From a virus (lineage: Duplodnaviria; Caudoviricetes), in the IMG/VR virus record IMGVR_UViG_3300035394_000175, positions 1 through 24,449 of that record: 24,449 bases of DNA; one strand, 5' to 3'. The notes under the pieces are model-generated. The model was not told where the DNA came from. It saw nothing but the letters and a program-made list of their open reading frames with translations, and made no database searches. The position numbers were made by a program, and so were the translations under genes. This document shows, piece after piece, positions 7,194 through 15,864 of the stretch (position 1 is its first letter; every line of letters starts with the position of its first letter).

Positions 7194-8549
7194 TTATGTA
7201 TTTAATTCAAAAAATTTATTTGCTAACATTTTCTTATCTAAATCGTCAAAGTTAGTTTGTGTTGGTTTTTTTAATGTAGGTTCATCATCTTCATCATACG
7301 TTTCTGTTATGGTAAAATGACCAGTGGATGTATCGGCGTCTAATTTAAATGTTACACCATCCATACCATATCTATTTTTCATAACGTGGAATCTTCCTGT
7401 ATTATTAACTTTATCTTCTTTCTTTCTTGATAACGAAAGGGCAAAATCTACAATCATCATTTTATCATATGATCCCGCAGCCTTATCACCCTCAATTACA
7501 TCGTCCTTGGATCCTGCGCGGTTTACTTGAGAAACACTCCAAATTGGTAATTTAAGTTCACGAGCTAATCCTTTGGTACTAGTATAAATATCATCAATTT
7601 CGAACTTACGATCTGAGGATTTACGTTTTGATGAAAGTAAGTCAACATAATCAATTATAATCAAATCTGGTTTGATTCCTAGAGAAGTTATTTTCTTTAT
7701 GTGGGATTCTATTGTATTAATTGTTGCTTTACCTGTTACAAACTCCTTGATAATTAATTCACCTTTCAATTCAGGTAGTACTGTTTCTACTTCCTTTCTA
7801 TGTTCTAGAATTTTATTTACAGGGATGTTCGTAAAGAACGCATCGTATCTTCTACCCACATAATCCTCACTTAACTCTAGAGTATAATGGATTACGTTAT
7901 ATCCAAGTTGAATGGCAAAACCCCCTAAAGCAACGAGAGACCAAGATTTACCACCTCCTGGATTGCCAAATATAAGGCCAAAATCACCATTTCCCAATCC
8001 ACCCTGTAGCATGTCGCTAATTTCGGGCCAAGGCGTAGGTATAACAGTTCTATTATCTTGTCTAAACCTTGATTCCACATCTTTATTATATTCATGTCCT
8101 AAATTTTTATCTTGCCCTGATTTCATTGCATTTTCAATCATTGATTTGATTGAATCATAATCGCCAGCTTTAAGTAAATCTACACTATTCAACAGTGCCT
8201 TTTTTAATTGTTGATTTTTGCAAAATGTTGAAAATTCTTCTTGTACATATTCTGTATCTTCATCACTTGCTTTATAAGCTTCTCTAAGTTGTTCTTTAAT
8301 CGATAATTGTAATACATCATTTGTTACCTTTTTCATTTCTGTTTTTAGAACATCCATGGATATAACTGTATGGTAACGATCATAATACTTAATGATTTCA
8401 TTTATAATCCATTTATGTGCTTGGGATGGAAATATATCTCCATCTAGAATATCATGTATATTTATAAGAAATTCTTTATGGGTTAATAAGGATGATATAA
8501 CTTTGATTTGAAATGAGGGACCATATTGGTCTATACTTTGTAGAGTCAA
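7194..8549 (-). CDS. DnaB/gp41-like replicative helicase
   Basis: Walker A GNPGGGKS, HYTLEL, Walker B IIIDYVDLL, SQVNR and KNRYG; TTG start. Confidence 0.92.
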   Translation of the reverse strand: MTLQSIDQYGPSFQIKVISSLLTHKEFLINIHDILDGDIFPSQAHKWIINEIIKYYDRYHTVISMDVLKTEMKKVTNDVLQLSIKEQLREAYKASDEDTEYVQEEFSTFCKNQQLKKALLNSVDLLKAGDYDSIKSMIENAMKSGQDKNLGHEYNKDVESRFRQDNRTVIPTPWPEISDMLQGGLGNGDFGLIFGNPGGGKSWSLVALGGFAIQLGYNVIHYTLELSEDYVGRRYDAFFTNIPVNKILEHRKEVETVLPELKGELIIKEFVTGKATINTIESHIKKITSLGIKPDLIIIDYVDLLSSKRKSSDRKFEIDDIYTSTKGLARELKLPIWSVSQVNRAGSKDDVIEGDKAAGSYDKMMIVDFALSLSRKKEDKVNNTGRFHVMKNRYGMDGVTFKLDADTSTGHFTITETYDEDDEPTLKKPTQTNFDDLDKKMLANKFFELNT

Positions 8550-8591
8550 AACTTTTATTTTTTTAAATTGTTAATAACTTTTATTTATTTT

Positions 8592-8620
8592 AATATATAA
8601 CTCTTTTATTTTAAAGTCAC
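8592..8620 (-). promoter_or_regulatory. Candidate promoter for the helicase
   Basis: GTGACT-N17-TATATT on the minus strand. Confidence 0.35.
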
Positions 8621-9631
8621 TAGACTTTGGAAAATATCTTTAATCCAAAATTCAGGATTTCGGATAAGCCCACCTATTTGATCTTCTTCATACATCTTCA
8701 AAAATTCTTTCGAATGTAGTTCTAGTTCGGTGTGTTTGATAAAGGCATCAATATATTCTTTATCTTCATCCGTCATCATTGGGTTAGATAAATCCATAAT
8801 TTTGTATTTGTTCTCTAACATTTCCACATCGTGAAGGATTCTAGCATATATAACGTGTTGCTCCATTTTCTCCTCACTTATATCCAAGATATCCTCAAAT
8901 GTCAAATCATGTGTTGATAGTTCAGGGAATAACTTGAATAGCGATTTTACACCCAATCCTTTTATACCCGGAAGTGCATCTGATGCATCCCCCATTAATG
9001 TTTTATATAATATAAAGTTACTTGGGTCTAGATTGAATTTTTCTCTGACTATGCTTTTAGTGTAGAATTCTTTCTCAACGGGTCTATATACTATTACTTG
9101 ATCCGTTATTAATTGAAGGTAATCTTTATCGCTAGATACTATAAATACTCTTTCTTCTGATGATTGGGGTAGTTTTTCACTCATATATGCAATAACATCA
9201 TCTGCTTCTACATTAGGCAATGTAATTACTTTAACAGGAAGAGTTGTTAGATATTCTATAATTCTAACTATTTGATCATATTTGGCATCATCTTCCTCTT
9301 CCATATTATCAAACAATTCATGTTTAGTTACTCTAGTAACATTTCTATTCGATTTATATTCAGGGATGATGTTTTTTCTATTAGTTGAGGAACCAACCCC
9401 GTCAAATACTACAATAATTTGTGTTGGTTGTATTTGACGGGTTAGAGCCCCTAAAGATCTAAAAAATCCTCCTAAACCACCAATATGAGCTCCATTAGAA
9501 TTAACTGTGTTTATTGCGGTGAAGTTGCGGAAGAAAAGATTTAATGCATCTACTAAAAGATAACGTTCAGGTGTTGGTGATTCACTGTTTTCTTGGACGT
9601 TATCCAGGAGTTTTAATAAATCTTTTTTCAT
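8606..9631 (-). CDS. 5'-3' exonuclease / flap endonuclease (T4 RNase H-like)
   Basis: LLVDALN, VFDG, YKSNR, EADDVIA, SSDKDYLQL and GDASDALPGIKGLG (H3TH). Confidence 0.93.
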   Translation of the reverse strand: MKKDLLKLLDNVQENSESPTPERYLLVDALNLFFRNFTAINTVNSNGAHIGGLGGFFRSLGALTRQIQPTQIIVVFDGVGSSTNRKNIIPEYKSNRNVTRVTKHELFDNMEEEDDAKYDQIVRIIEYLTTLPVKVITLPNVEADDVIAYMSEKLPQSSEERVFIVSSDKDYLQLITDQVIVYRPVEKEFYTKSIVREKFNLDPSNFILYKTLMGDASDALPGIKGLGVKSLFKLFPELSTHDLTFEDILDISEEKMEQHVIYARILHDVEMLENKYKIMDLSNPMMTDEDKEYIDAFIKHTELELHSKEFLKMYEEDQIGGLIRNPEFWIKDIFQSLVTLK

Positions 9632-9634
9632 AAG

Positions 9635-10285
9635 TTATTTTTTTTTGCCTTTATTTCTATTTCCCGTTTGGTTAGTATAACCAAACGATTGAGCTATTTT
9701 TGTTGTTTTAAATAGTGGTTGATGATTTAAATGATGGAAGCATAATTTTTGTTCTTCTAATATTGTTAAATCAAATGAAGCACATGGTAATATATGATCT
9801 ACTTCCCAAACATCCCCGTGATTTTCCCAATTCATTTCAGGTAAGAATAGGGATTCTATATATAATTTAAATTCTTCTATAGAACATCCCACTAATTCTA
9901 TTACTGATTTCATTTTATGTCCATTCTTTAAAGCATGATGGAATCTTGATCTAAGTAACTTTTTTATTTTAAAATTTTCATCTGTTTTCATTTTATCTGT
10001 ATGATATTGATGATTATATTTCAATATTTTATCTTTATTATTTCGATAATATAATGGAGAATATGTTTTACCGTATTCTTTTTTATAAGCATCTACAATT
10101 TCTTTATTATTCTCTCTATAATCCTTTTGATATTGTAATTTGGATGTTTTATTATTTTGATAAAACATATCATTTTTAATTTTTTTACATCCTTTACATA
10201 CATTGTTATATCCATCAGATGAAGATCTCTTAATGTGGAAATTCCTTAAATCAAAACTCTCTAAACATGCGTTACATTTTTTCAT
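9635..10285 (-). CDS. HNH homing endonuclease with N-terminal Cys4 zinc finger
   Basis: CNAC...CKGC, LVGCSIEE, WENHGDVWEVDHILP, NHQPL and GNRNKG; paralog of 6438-7133. Confidence 0.85.
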   Translation of the reverse strand: MKKCNACLESFDLRNFHIKRSSSDGYNNVCKGCKKIKNDMFYQNNKTSKLQYQKDYRENNKEIVDAYKKEYGKTYSPLYYRNNKDKILKYNHQYHTDKMKTDENFKIKKLLRSRFHHALKNGHKMKSVIELVGCSIEEFKLYIESLFLPEMNWENHGDVWEVDHILPCASFDLTILEEQKLCFHHLNHQPLFKTTKIAQSFGYTNQTGNRNKGKKK

Positions 10286-10338
10286 ATTATTTTATTATAA
10301 ATATGACACAATGTAAGGAAATGAATGGAAAATGATCA

Positions 10339-10446
10339 GTTATAGTTAATGTTCCAGAAAGATAGAACCACGCCTTTCGGGTTACAGAGAACAGACTTTC
10401 ACCCCTATCTTTTTTATACCTTGAAAACTGAAACACTATCTATAAC
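10339..10446 (-). ncRNA. Putative structured RNA of unknown family
   Basis: Nested stems GUUAUAG/CUAUAAC, UAGUGUUUCAG/CUGGAACAUUA and AAAGAUAGGG/UUCUAUCUUU enclose two GAAA-capped hairpins. G-U pairs form only on the minus strand. Confidence 0.55.
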
Positions 10447-10494
10447 AACAAATAAACAATATTAAAACGATTGCCTATTTGTAAAATGTTAAAC

Positions 10495-11595
10495 TTAATT
10501 GTCGAAATCATTATCAATACTACCAAACATATTAGTAGGCATTGAACCCTCATTCCATTCACTATTATCTTCTACAACATCATATGTTCCATTTCCTAGG
10601 ATATCAACCCATTCGTGAGAATATTGATCTTTATATTTTTTAATAGTGTTTGGATCATCTTTAATAAAACCATGAACCGTTGAAATGATTGTTCCTGTTG
10701 TTGTAATTCCATTAATATGGTTCTTATCACATGCTATTTTAGTGCGGAGAGCAAATTCAACCTTCTTTTTGTCCTTCATAGCATTTATCTTTGAGGTACC
10801 AGCATTCATGATATTCCCAAAAGTTAAACACAATGATGCATCATAATAGAATGTATCACCACCTTTATTAGTCATTCTAGGCTGTGACATTGGTGTTAAT
10901 GCTGGTGCTACACCGGTTTTATTGACAATGAGTAATGTGTTTGTGTATTTTGAACTTTCCTTCCTAGATAGTACTATTTGTTGGTTAATAAAGTTACCAA
11001 ATTGGGTTGCGATAGCTCCACTGTTCCACATTGGATTATTCGTACCTTTTTCAATACTCATATCACAAGCTATAGAGCCTACTGAGTCCCATAAGAATAG
11101 TAAGTCGTACGGTAAGTTACCTTTCTTTTGCTCTGAAAGCATATCAATCATGAACTTAGCGATGTCTTCAATAGAATTAAGTGTGCTTCTATCTCGGTAA
11201 ATAAAGAAACCTTCATGGTCTATTACTTCCCCAGTTGTTTCATCTACAACATCCGTCATTTCAAACCCCATAGTTCTCCAGTGGTTAAAGTCGTGCTTCA
11301 TTTCCGTAATGATTAGTACAGGCAACACACCTTTTTTCTGTGCATTTACTGCTATTTCAATAGATGTAGTACTTTTCCCAGTATTACTTCGACCCCTTAC
11401 CATAGTAATATGACCCATAGGACATCCAGGGATAGATAGAGCTTCTTGCAAAGCAGGTGAGAATGGAATCCAATCTTGAGGTTTAAATTTGACATTACCT
11501 CCAAGTCCTTTGTTTTCTTTAAATTTGTCGAGACTAAAGGCCGCCTTCATTGCTTTTCCGGCGGCCTCTGTCAATGACTTTCTTTCTTTAGCCAT
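10495..11595 (-). CDS. RecA/UvsX-like recombinase
   Basis: P-loop GRSNTGKS, Walker B LLFLWDSVGS, KGGDTFYYDAS and DKNHI. Confidence 0.85.
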   Translation of the reverse strand: MAKERKSLTEAAGKAMKAAFSLDKFKENKGLGGNVKFKPQDWIPFSPALQEALSIPGCPMGHITMVRGRSNTGKSTTSIEIAVNAQKKGVLPVLIITEMKHDFNHWRTMGFEMTDVVDETTGEVIDHEGFFIYRDRSTLNSIEDIAKFMIDMLSEQKKGNLPYDLLFLWDSVGSIACDMSIEKGTNNPMWNSGAIATQFGNFINQQIVLSRKESSKYTNTLLIVNKTGVAPALTPMSQPRMTNKGGDTFYYDASLCLTFGNIMNAGTSKINAMKDKKKVEFALRTKIACDKNHINGITTTGTIISTVHGFIKDDPNTIKKYKDQYSHEWVDILGNGTYDVVEDNSEWNEGSMPTNMFGSIDNDFDN

Positions 11596-11611
11596 AACTT
11601 ATTTTATATTA

Positions 11612-12457
11612 TTAAAAGGGCATATCATCATCATCATCATCAAATAAGGCATCAAATTTTTCTTCAGGTTTTGCTACTTCTTTTTTAGCAGATAAACTGT
11701 AGTTTGATTTTTTCTCCTTCTTCAAATCCTCTTTAACACCCGTTTCGTCCTTTACAGGCTCCATTTGTGTTTCTTCTTCATCTTCAGGGTTCAAGAAATT
11801 TGTCAATACTGCCTTTAAATCATCAAATGATTTTTTAAATTTAGATTGCATTTCCAAGATATCTGGTTGGTCTTCTAACCATGTCTCGATTTGAGAAATG
11901 TCTTCTGATAATACAGATGTTTTACGTTTTGGTCTAATTGATGATTTCAATCCTTGACGTCCACCGATATCGCCCATAACGGCCTCTAATGTAAAGTCAA
12001 ATCCTTCATTGATATCTGTAAAATCACCATAATCTTCATCTTCTGCAAGACCTAATAATTGTAAGTAGATTTCTTTTCCGAATTCCCATAAACGAACTCC
12101 TTTGTCTTCTTCACCACGAACGATGATTGGAGCAAAGATACGCATTTTTGGATCTAATTTTTTAGCTAGTGACCAATTGTCACGATCATTAGTTCCACGT
12201 AGTTGTTTTGCGAATTCAACAATTGGGTCTTTTTCACCCCAGTTTGTTAGAGCATAAATTGGAAATTTAGAATATCCATAATGCACTAATACTTCTTTGA
12301 ATGGGTTTTGCTTGTCCAATTTAGATGGAACAACGCGAATTTGGTACTTCCCTTCTCCTTTGGGTTTCCACTGTGTTAAGGTATAATCTACCTTTTCTTT
12401 TTTCTGCCCGGATGTCTGTAAGGCACTCAGTTTGTTTTTAATTAAATCTAAATTCAT
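11612..12457 (-). CDS. gp32-like single-stranded DNA-binding protein
   Basis: WKP..EGKYQIRVVP, DPIVEF, VRLWEFGK, YGDFTDINEGFDF and acidic tail DDDDDDMPF; lies next to the recombinase. Confidence 0.8.
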   Translation of the reverse strand: MNLDLIKNKLSALQTSGQKKEKVDYTLTQWKPKGEGKYQIRVVPSKLDKQNPFKEVLVHYGYSKFPIYALTNWGEKDPIVEFAKQLRGTNDRDNWSLAKKLDPKMRIFAPIIVRGEEDKGVRLWEFGKEIYLQLLGLAEDEDYGDFTDINEGFDFTLEAVMGDIGGRQGLKSSIRPKRKTSVLSEDISQIETWLEDQPDILEMQSKFKKSFDDLKAVLTNFLNPEDEEETQMEPVKDETGVKEDLKKEKKSNYSLSAKKEVAKPEEKFDALFDDDDDDMPF

Positions 12458-12485
12458 GATTTATTATTTATTTGTTTATAACTTT

Positions 12486-12514
12486 ATTATACGAAATTAT
12501 TTTTTAAAATCCAA
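12486..12514 (-). promoter_or_regulatory. Promoter for the SSB/recombinase genes
   Basis: TTGGAT-N17-TATAAT. Confidence 0.7.
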
Positions 12515-12515
12515 G

Positions 12516-13214
12516 TTAAGTTAAAAATTCCCAAACTTCATTTTTGGTGTTAGGAGTTGACATATGGATATAATTCCATATCATTGTTCTACTTTTTTTA
12601 ATTTTTATACTTGCGTCTTTAATTGAATTATATAACACAATTATACCTGTTTGAATATTGGTTACCTTTAACTTTTTTTCATGACCTTTAATTATATTCT
12701 GTATCTGTTCTTCAGATCTTTTTTTTCCTTTTAAAGACTTTGATAATTTATCTCCATGGTTTTTAGGAACGCGCATATTTTGTTTATGTTCTTCTGTTTT
12801 TGGTTTATGGAAATTTTCTGTATTTGTTACTATTTTTCTTAAATTTTGTTTATGGTACTCTGTTTTAGGAATACCATAAGAACCATGCTCTGTACCTTTT
12901 TTAAAGGTTGATCTTGGTTGTTTCATTTTTAATTTAGTTTGTTCTGTATGAGATTCAACTCCACTTCCTCCTTTTTTACATATATTTACTACTTTAAACC
13001 CCCATTGAATGAATTGTTCTATCCAATATGATTCAAGAGGCCCCCAATCTTTTCTATATAATGATTCTACTTCATCTATATAAGTGTATATGATCTGTGA
13101 TCCATATGTTTGCTTGTGGTTATTTTTCCGGCAATTTTTGGTTTTACCTATATAAACTTTATTTTGATCTCCGTAACAATTTGTTACAAGATAAATTTTT
13201 GTAGTATGTATCAT
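12516..13214 (-). CDS. GIY-YIG homing endonuclease with NUMOD3 repeats
   Basis: KIYLV...VYIGKT, LESYWIEQF, HTEQTKLKM, KTEEHKQNM and RSEEQIQNI, with a C-terminal HTH-like segment. Confidence 0.85.
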   Translation of the reverse strand: MIHTTKIYLVTNCYGDQNKVYIGKTKNCRKNNHKQTYGSQIIYTYIDEVESLYRKDWGPLESYWIEQFIQWGFKVVNICKKGGSGVESHTEQTKLKMKQPRSTFKKGTEHGSYGIPKTEYHKQNLRKIVTNTENFHKPKTEEHKQNMRVPKNHGDKLSKSLKGKKRSEEQIQNIIKGHEKKLKVTNIQTGIIVLYNSIKDASIKIKKSRTMIWNYIHMSTPNTKNEVWEFLT

Positions 13215-13255
13215 CGTATTAATTTTCGTCGATTATACATATTGAAAAGTTACAG

Positions 13256-13279
13256 AAGAGCGCAAGAAATTGTGCTCTT
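13256..13279. terminator. Stem-loop, probable intrinsic terminator
   Basis: AAGAGCGCAA-GAAA-TTGTGCTCTT in the intergenic gap, followed by T-rich sequence. Confidence 0.6.
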
Positions 13280-13293
13280 TTATAGATTTTTCA

Positions 13294-13767
13294 CTACAAT
13301 TCAATAATTTTAAATATTCTTGTGTTTAGTTGTTTGATTTCGTTATGTTGTGTAAGTAATATACAATTTTTGTAGTGTTGCCAATTGATGGCAAATCTTG
13401 TATCTACTACTCCACCATTTAAACTTTTAATAAGTTCATTTAGTGCGTTTATTGTATATAAAGAATTGGTTTCCTTTTTTCTATGAACCAATATTGTATT
13501 ATCTGGTATATCGTTTATATTTCCCTGATCTACATTATAAGTTATAACATATTCATCGTTACTTGTAACATGTAATACAAACATCTTGTTGTACATGATG
13601 TTATATTTTTGTGTTAGTCTAGAGATAAGGTTATCTAACTCATTAATTGGGGTAAAAGTACAGAATAGCCTGTTGTTTGCCATGGAGTATAATATATTAT
13701 CGAAATCATATTCCGATTGTGGGTATATATTATATATATGGTCAGAGGGTGTTAAAAATGTATTCAT
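13294..13767 (-). CDS. Hypothetical phage protein
   Basis: 157-aa ORF with its own promoter; LFCTF and LVHRKKETNSLYTINALN segments. An alternative start lies at 13683. Confidence 0.75.
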   Translation of the reverse strand: MNTFLTPSDHIYNIYPQSEYDFDNILYSMANNRLFCTFTPINELDNLISRLTQKYNIMYNKMFVLHVTSNDEYVITYNVDQGNINDIPDNTILVHRKKETNSLYTINALNELIKSLNGGVVDTRFAINWQHYKNCILLTQHNEIKQLNTRIFKIIEL

Positions 13768-13782
13768 AACTTATTTTATATT

Positions 13783-13811
13783 ATTATATGAAAATTTATT
13801 TGATTATCCAA
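13783..13811 (-). promoter_or_regulatory. Promoter
   Basis: TTGGAT-N17-TATAAT. Confidence 0.7.
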
Positions 13812-13827
13812 ATTATTTTAACAAATA

Positions 13828-14514
13828 TTATGGTAATTTGTATCTATCTTTTATATATTCTTTAATAATTTTTTTATAACTATTAGATACTGGGTGAGAG
13901 AAATGGTTACTTTTACTTCTATTTTCTTTTTTATCTAAAAGTTGTAAATTATCTAAATGCCATATTACATGTATAGGAGTTCCTTCTTTAAACCAACTTA
14001 ATGGGATTTTATGATCTATATCTTCATTGGATTTTGGAGAACCTATTTTTTTGATAAAATCATCAATATTATACTTTAACATTTCCGGAAGTTTTTTTAT
14101 GTTTTGGTGTTGACGTAGATATTTAATAATTTGAAGATGTAATTTTATTTTTAATCTAAAGGTTTCATCTTCTTTATATTTCTTTTTAAACCATTCATTT
14201 GATCTATATTTAATTTTTTCTTTATTTTTTAAATAATATTCTTTGTTTTTTTGTTTTTTTATATCAGTATGAATATTTTGGGAATATATTTTTTGATAAT
14301 TATTTCTTTTTTCTTTATTGTTTTGATAATATTGTTTTTGAAGTGATAATAATTTTTCTTTATTATTTAAATACTTCAATCCAGATGATTCTTTAATTTT
14401 TTCTTTATTGTTTTGATAATATTGTTTTTTGCATTTTTTACACTGTTTTTGATTTTTAGAAAAATATATAATTAATTTATCATCCCCACAAGTAGTACAT
14501 TTTTGTATATCCAT
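13828..14514 (-). CDS. HNH homing endonuclease
   Basis: CTTC...CKKC, YYQNNKEK repeats, DIDHKIPLSWF, HLDNLQLL and ENRSKSN. Confidence 0.82.
   Translation of the reverse strand: MDIQKCTTCGDDKLIIYFSKNQKQCKKCKKQYYQNNKEKIKESSGLKYLNNKEKLLSLQKQYYQNNKEKRNNYQKIYSQNIHTDIKKQKNKEYYLKNKEKIKYRSNEWFKKKYKEDETFRLKIKLHLQIIKYLRQHQNIKKLPEMLKYNIDDFIKKIGSPKSNEDIDHKIPLSWFKEGTPIHVIWHLDNLQLLDKKENRSKSNHFSHPVSNSYKKIIKEYIKDRYKLP
14307..14429. repeat. 33-bp exact direct repeat within the HNH gene
   Basis: 14307-14339 equals 14397-14429 and encodes KQYYQNNKEK. Confidence 0.85.
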
Positions 14515-14557
14515 TTTTTACTATAAATATGTTGTAAAAACAAAATCAAACAAAAAA

Positions 14558-15829
14558 CTAACAAAGCTTTTTCATATTTCCATAATTATTTCCTGAGACT
14601 ATTTTGACTTGTAGTTTGTATTTGTTGAATATCTCTAGTATTTCCTTCAATGTTTCTTTTTCTGTTCTATCTACATCCAGTAATATAGAATCATACACAT
14701 ACAGAACCAATTTTGTTTTCTTTCCCCGTAACAACTTTAATATATCCCACAATATGCATATATTTGTTGATGTCTCTAGATTTTGTAAAACATAATTTAA
14801 AAGCTTTTGTGGATTCATATTCTCTAACTCACTACTTCTATACACATATCCAGATATGGGACAAGTAATTTGCCCCCCATAATTAAATTCATCCCATAGT
14901 TGGTCTGTGTATGTTGTTACTTTTTGAAAAAATTCCAGATTTTCGTATTCTTTCCAGACTCCACCGTAAATTTGTTTAAACGTAATCTCTTTTGCTTTGG
15001 TGTAGTCAACGTTATACATTTTAGCAAAATCCCCATGGACATTATCGCTATTAAAAGTATAACCCAATATATTAGCAAGAAGGGTAGGATGGTAAGCAGA
15101 AATATCCATCTCAATAAAAACATCGTTGCGGGGTATAAAGCATTTTCTTTCTCCATTTTCTTTATTTAAAGCTGCGAAATTAATCCCTCCAAAAGTATTT
15201 GAGGGGCGAGTAGTTGTTGTATTTAAATTATATTGTGTAAAGACATATCCGTCGGTGTCTCTATCAAAGTAGCGTTTATATAGCGTTGAATCCACTTTAA
15301 TCCCACTGCTCTCTATTATATTAAACACGATGGATGCCTTATTATTGTAGAATGGGTTGGTTGGATTTTTTATGTATTTTTCTAAATTATTAAAGTTACG
15401 CTCACACGATTCATAGTGTTTAACTATTGGAACTATTGAGTTGATTTCTTTATTTAAAGGATATCTGTAGTATAGGGATTTATGTGCTTGAGTTAATTCT
15501 CGTATATACGTAGGTGGTTTAGTGGGTATGGATACACATGCATGATGATTAAAGTAATGTAAAAATTCTTTTTTATCTATAACGTATATGTTTTTTATTG
15601 AACTTAATAAAGTTTGAACTTGATCAAATGATGTGTGAAACGCCTCGCTATGATTTATTGTCACCATATACCCCTTACTTTTATCTAACGGTTTGATATA
15701 CACGCAAGATACTTGATTCTGCATGGGGTGGATGGTTGGGGATAATGGAATAACTTCTACGTAAGCCTCCACTAGTTGCATTCTAGTAAGTATTTCTATA
15801 TTATCCGTATCTTCTATCAACCAGTACAT
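14558..15829 (-). CDS. Compact, divergent family A DNA polymerase
   Basis: TTTTRPS, INFAALNK, motif A MDISAYHP, motif B AKEITFKQIYG, LNYVLQ and motif C VYDSILLD; ATG start at 15829. Confidence 0.8.
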   Translation of the reverse strand: MYWLIEDTDNIEILTRMQLVEAYVEVIPLSPTIHPMQNQVSCVYIKPLDKSKGYMVTINHSEAFHTSFDQVQTLLSSIKNIYVIDKKEFLHYFNHHACVSIPTKPPTYIRELTQAHKSLYYRYPLNKEINSIVPIVKHYESCERNFNNLEKYIKNPTNPFYNNKASIVFNIIESSGIKVDSTLYKRYFDRDTDGYVFTQYNLNTTTTRPSNTFGGINFAALNKENGERKCFIPRNDVFIEMDISAYHPTLLANILGYTFNSDNVHGDFAKMYNVDYTKAKEITFKQIYGGVWKEYENLEFFQKVTTYTDQLWDEFNYGGQITCPISGYVYRSSELENMNPQKLLNYVLQNLETSTNICILWDILKLLRGKKTKLVLYVYDSILLDVDRTEKETLKEILEIFNKYKLQVKIVSGNNYGNMKKLC

Positions 15830-15835
15830 GGTTTT

Positions 15836-15864
15836 AGTATACGACTTTATTTTCAAGATTCCAA
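15836..15864 (-). promoter_or_regulatory. Promoter of the polymerase gene, probably giving a leaderless mRNA
   Basis: TTGGAA-N17-TATACT, 6 nt before ATG 15829. Confidence 0.65.

Noticed and set aside
10360-10400. tRNA-Tyr-like sequence (CUGUAA and GGUUC)
   Set aside because: No T-stem complement, D-arm or acceptor stem can be formed.
14307-14429. CRISPR-like repeat pair
   Set aside because: Only two copies, in frame within a coding repeat; no array or cas genes are seen in the window.
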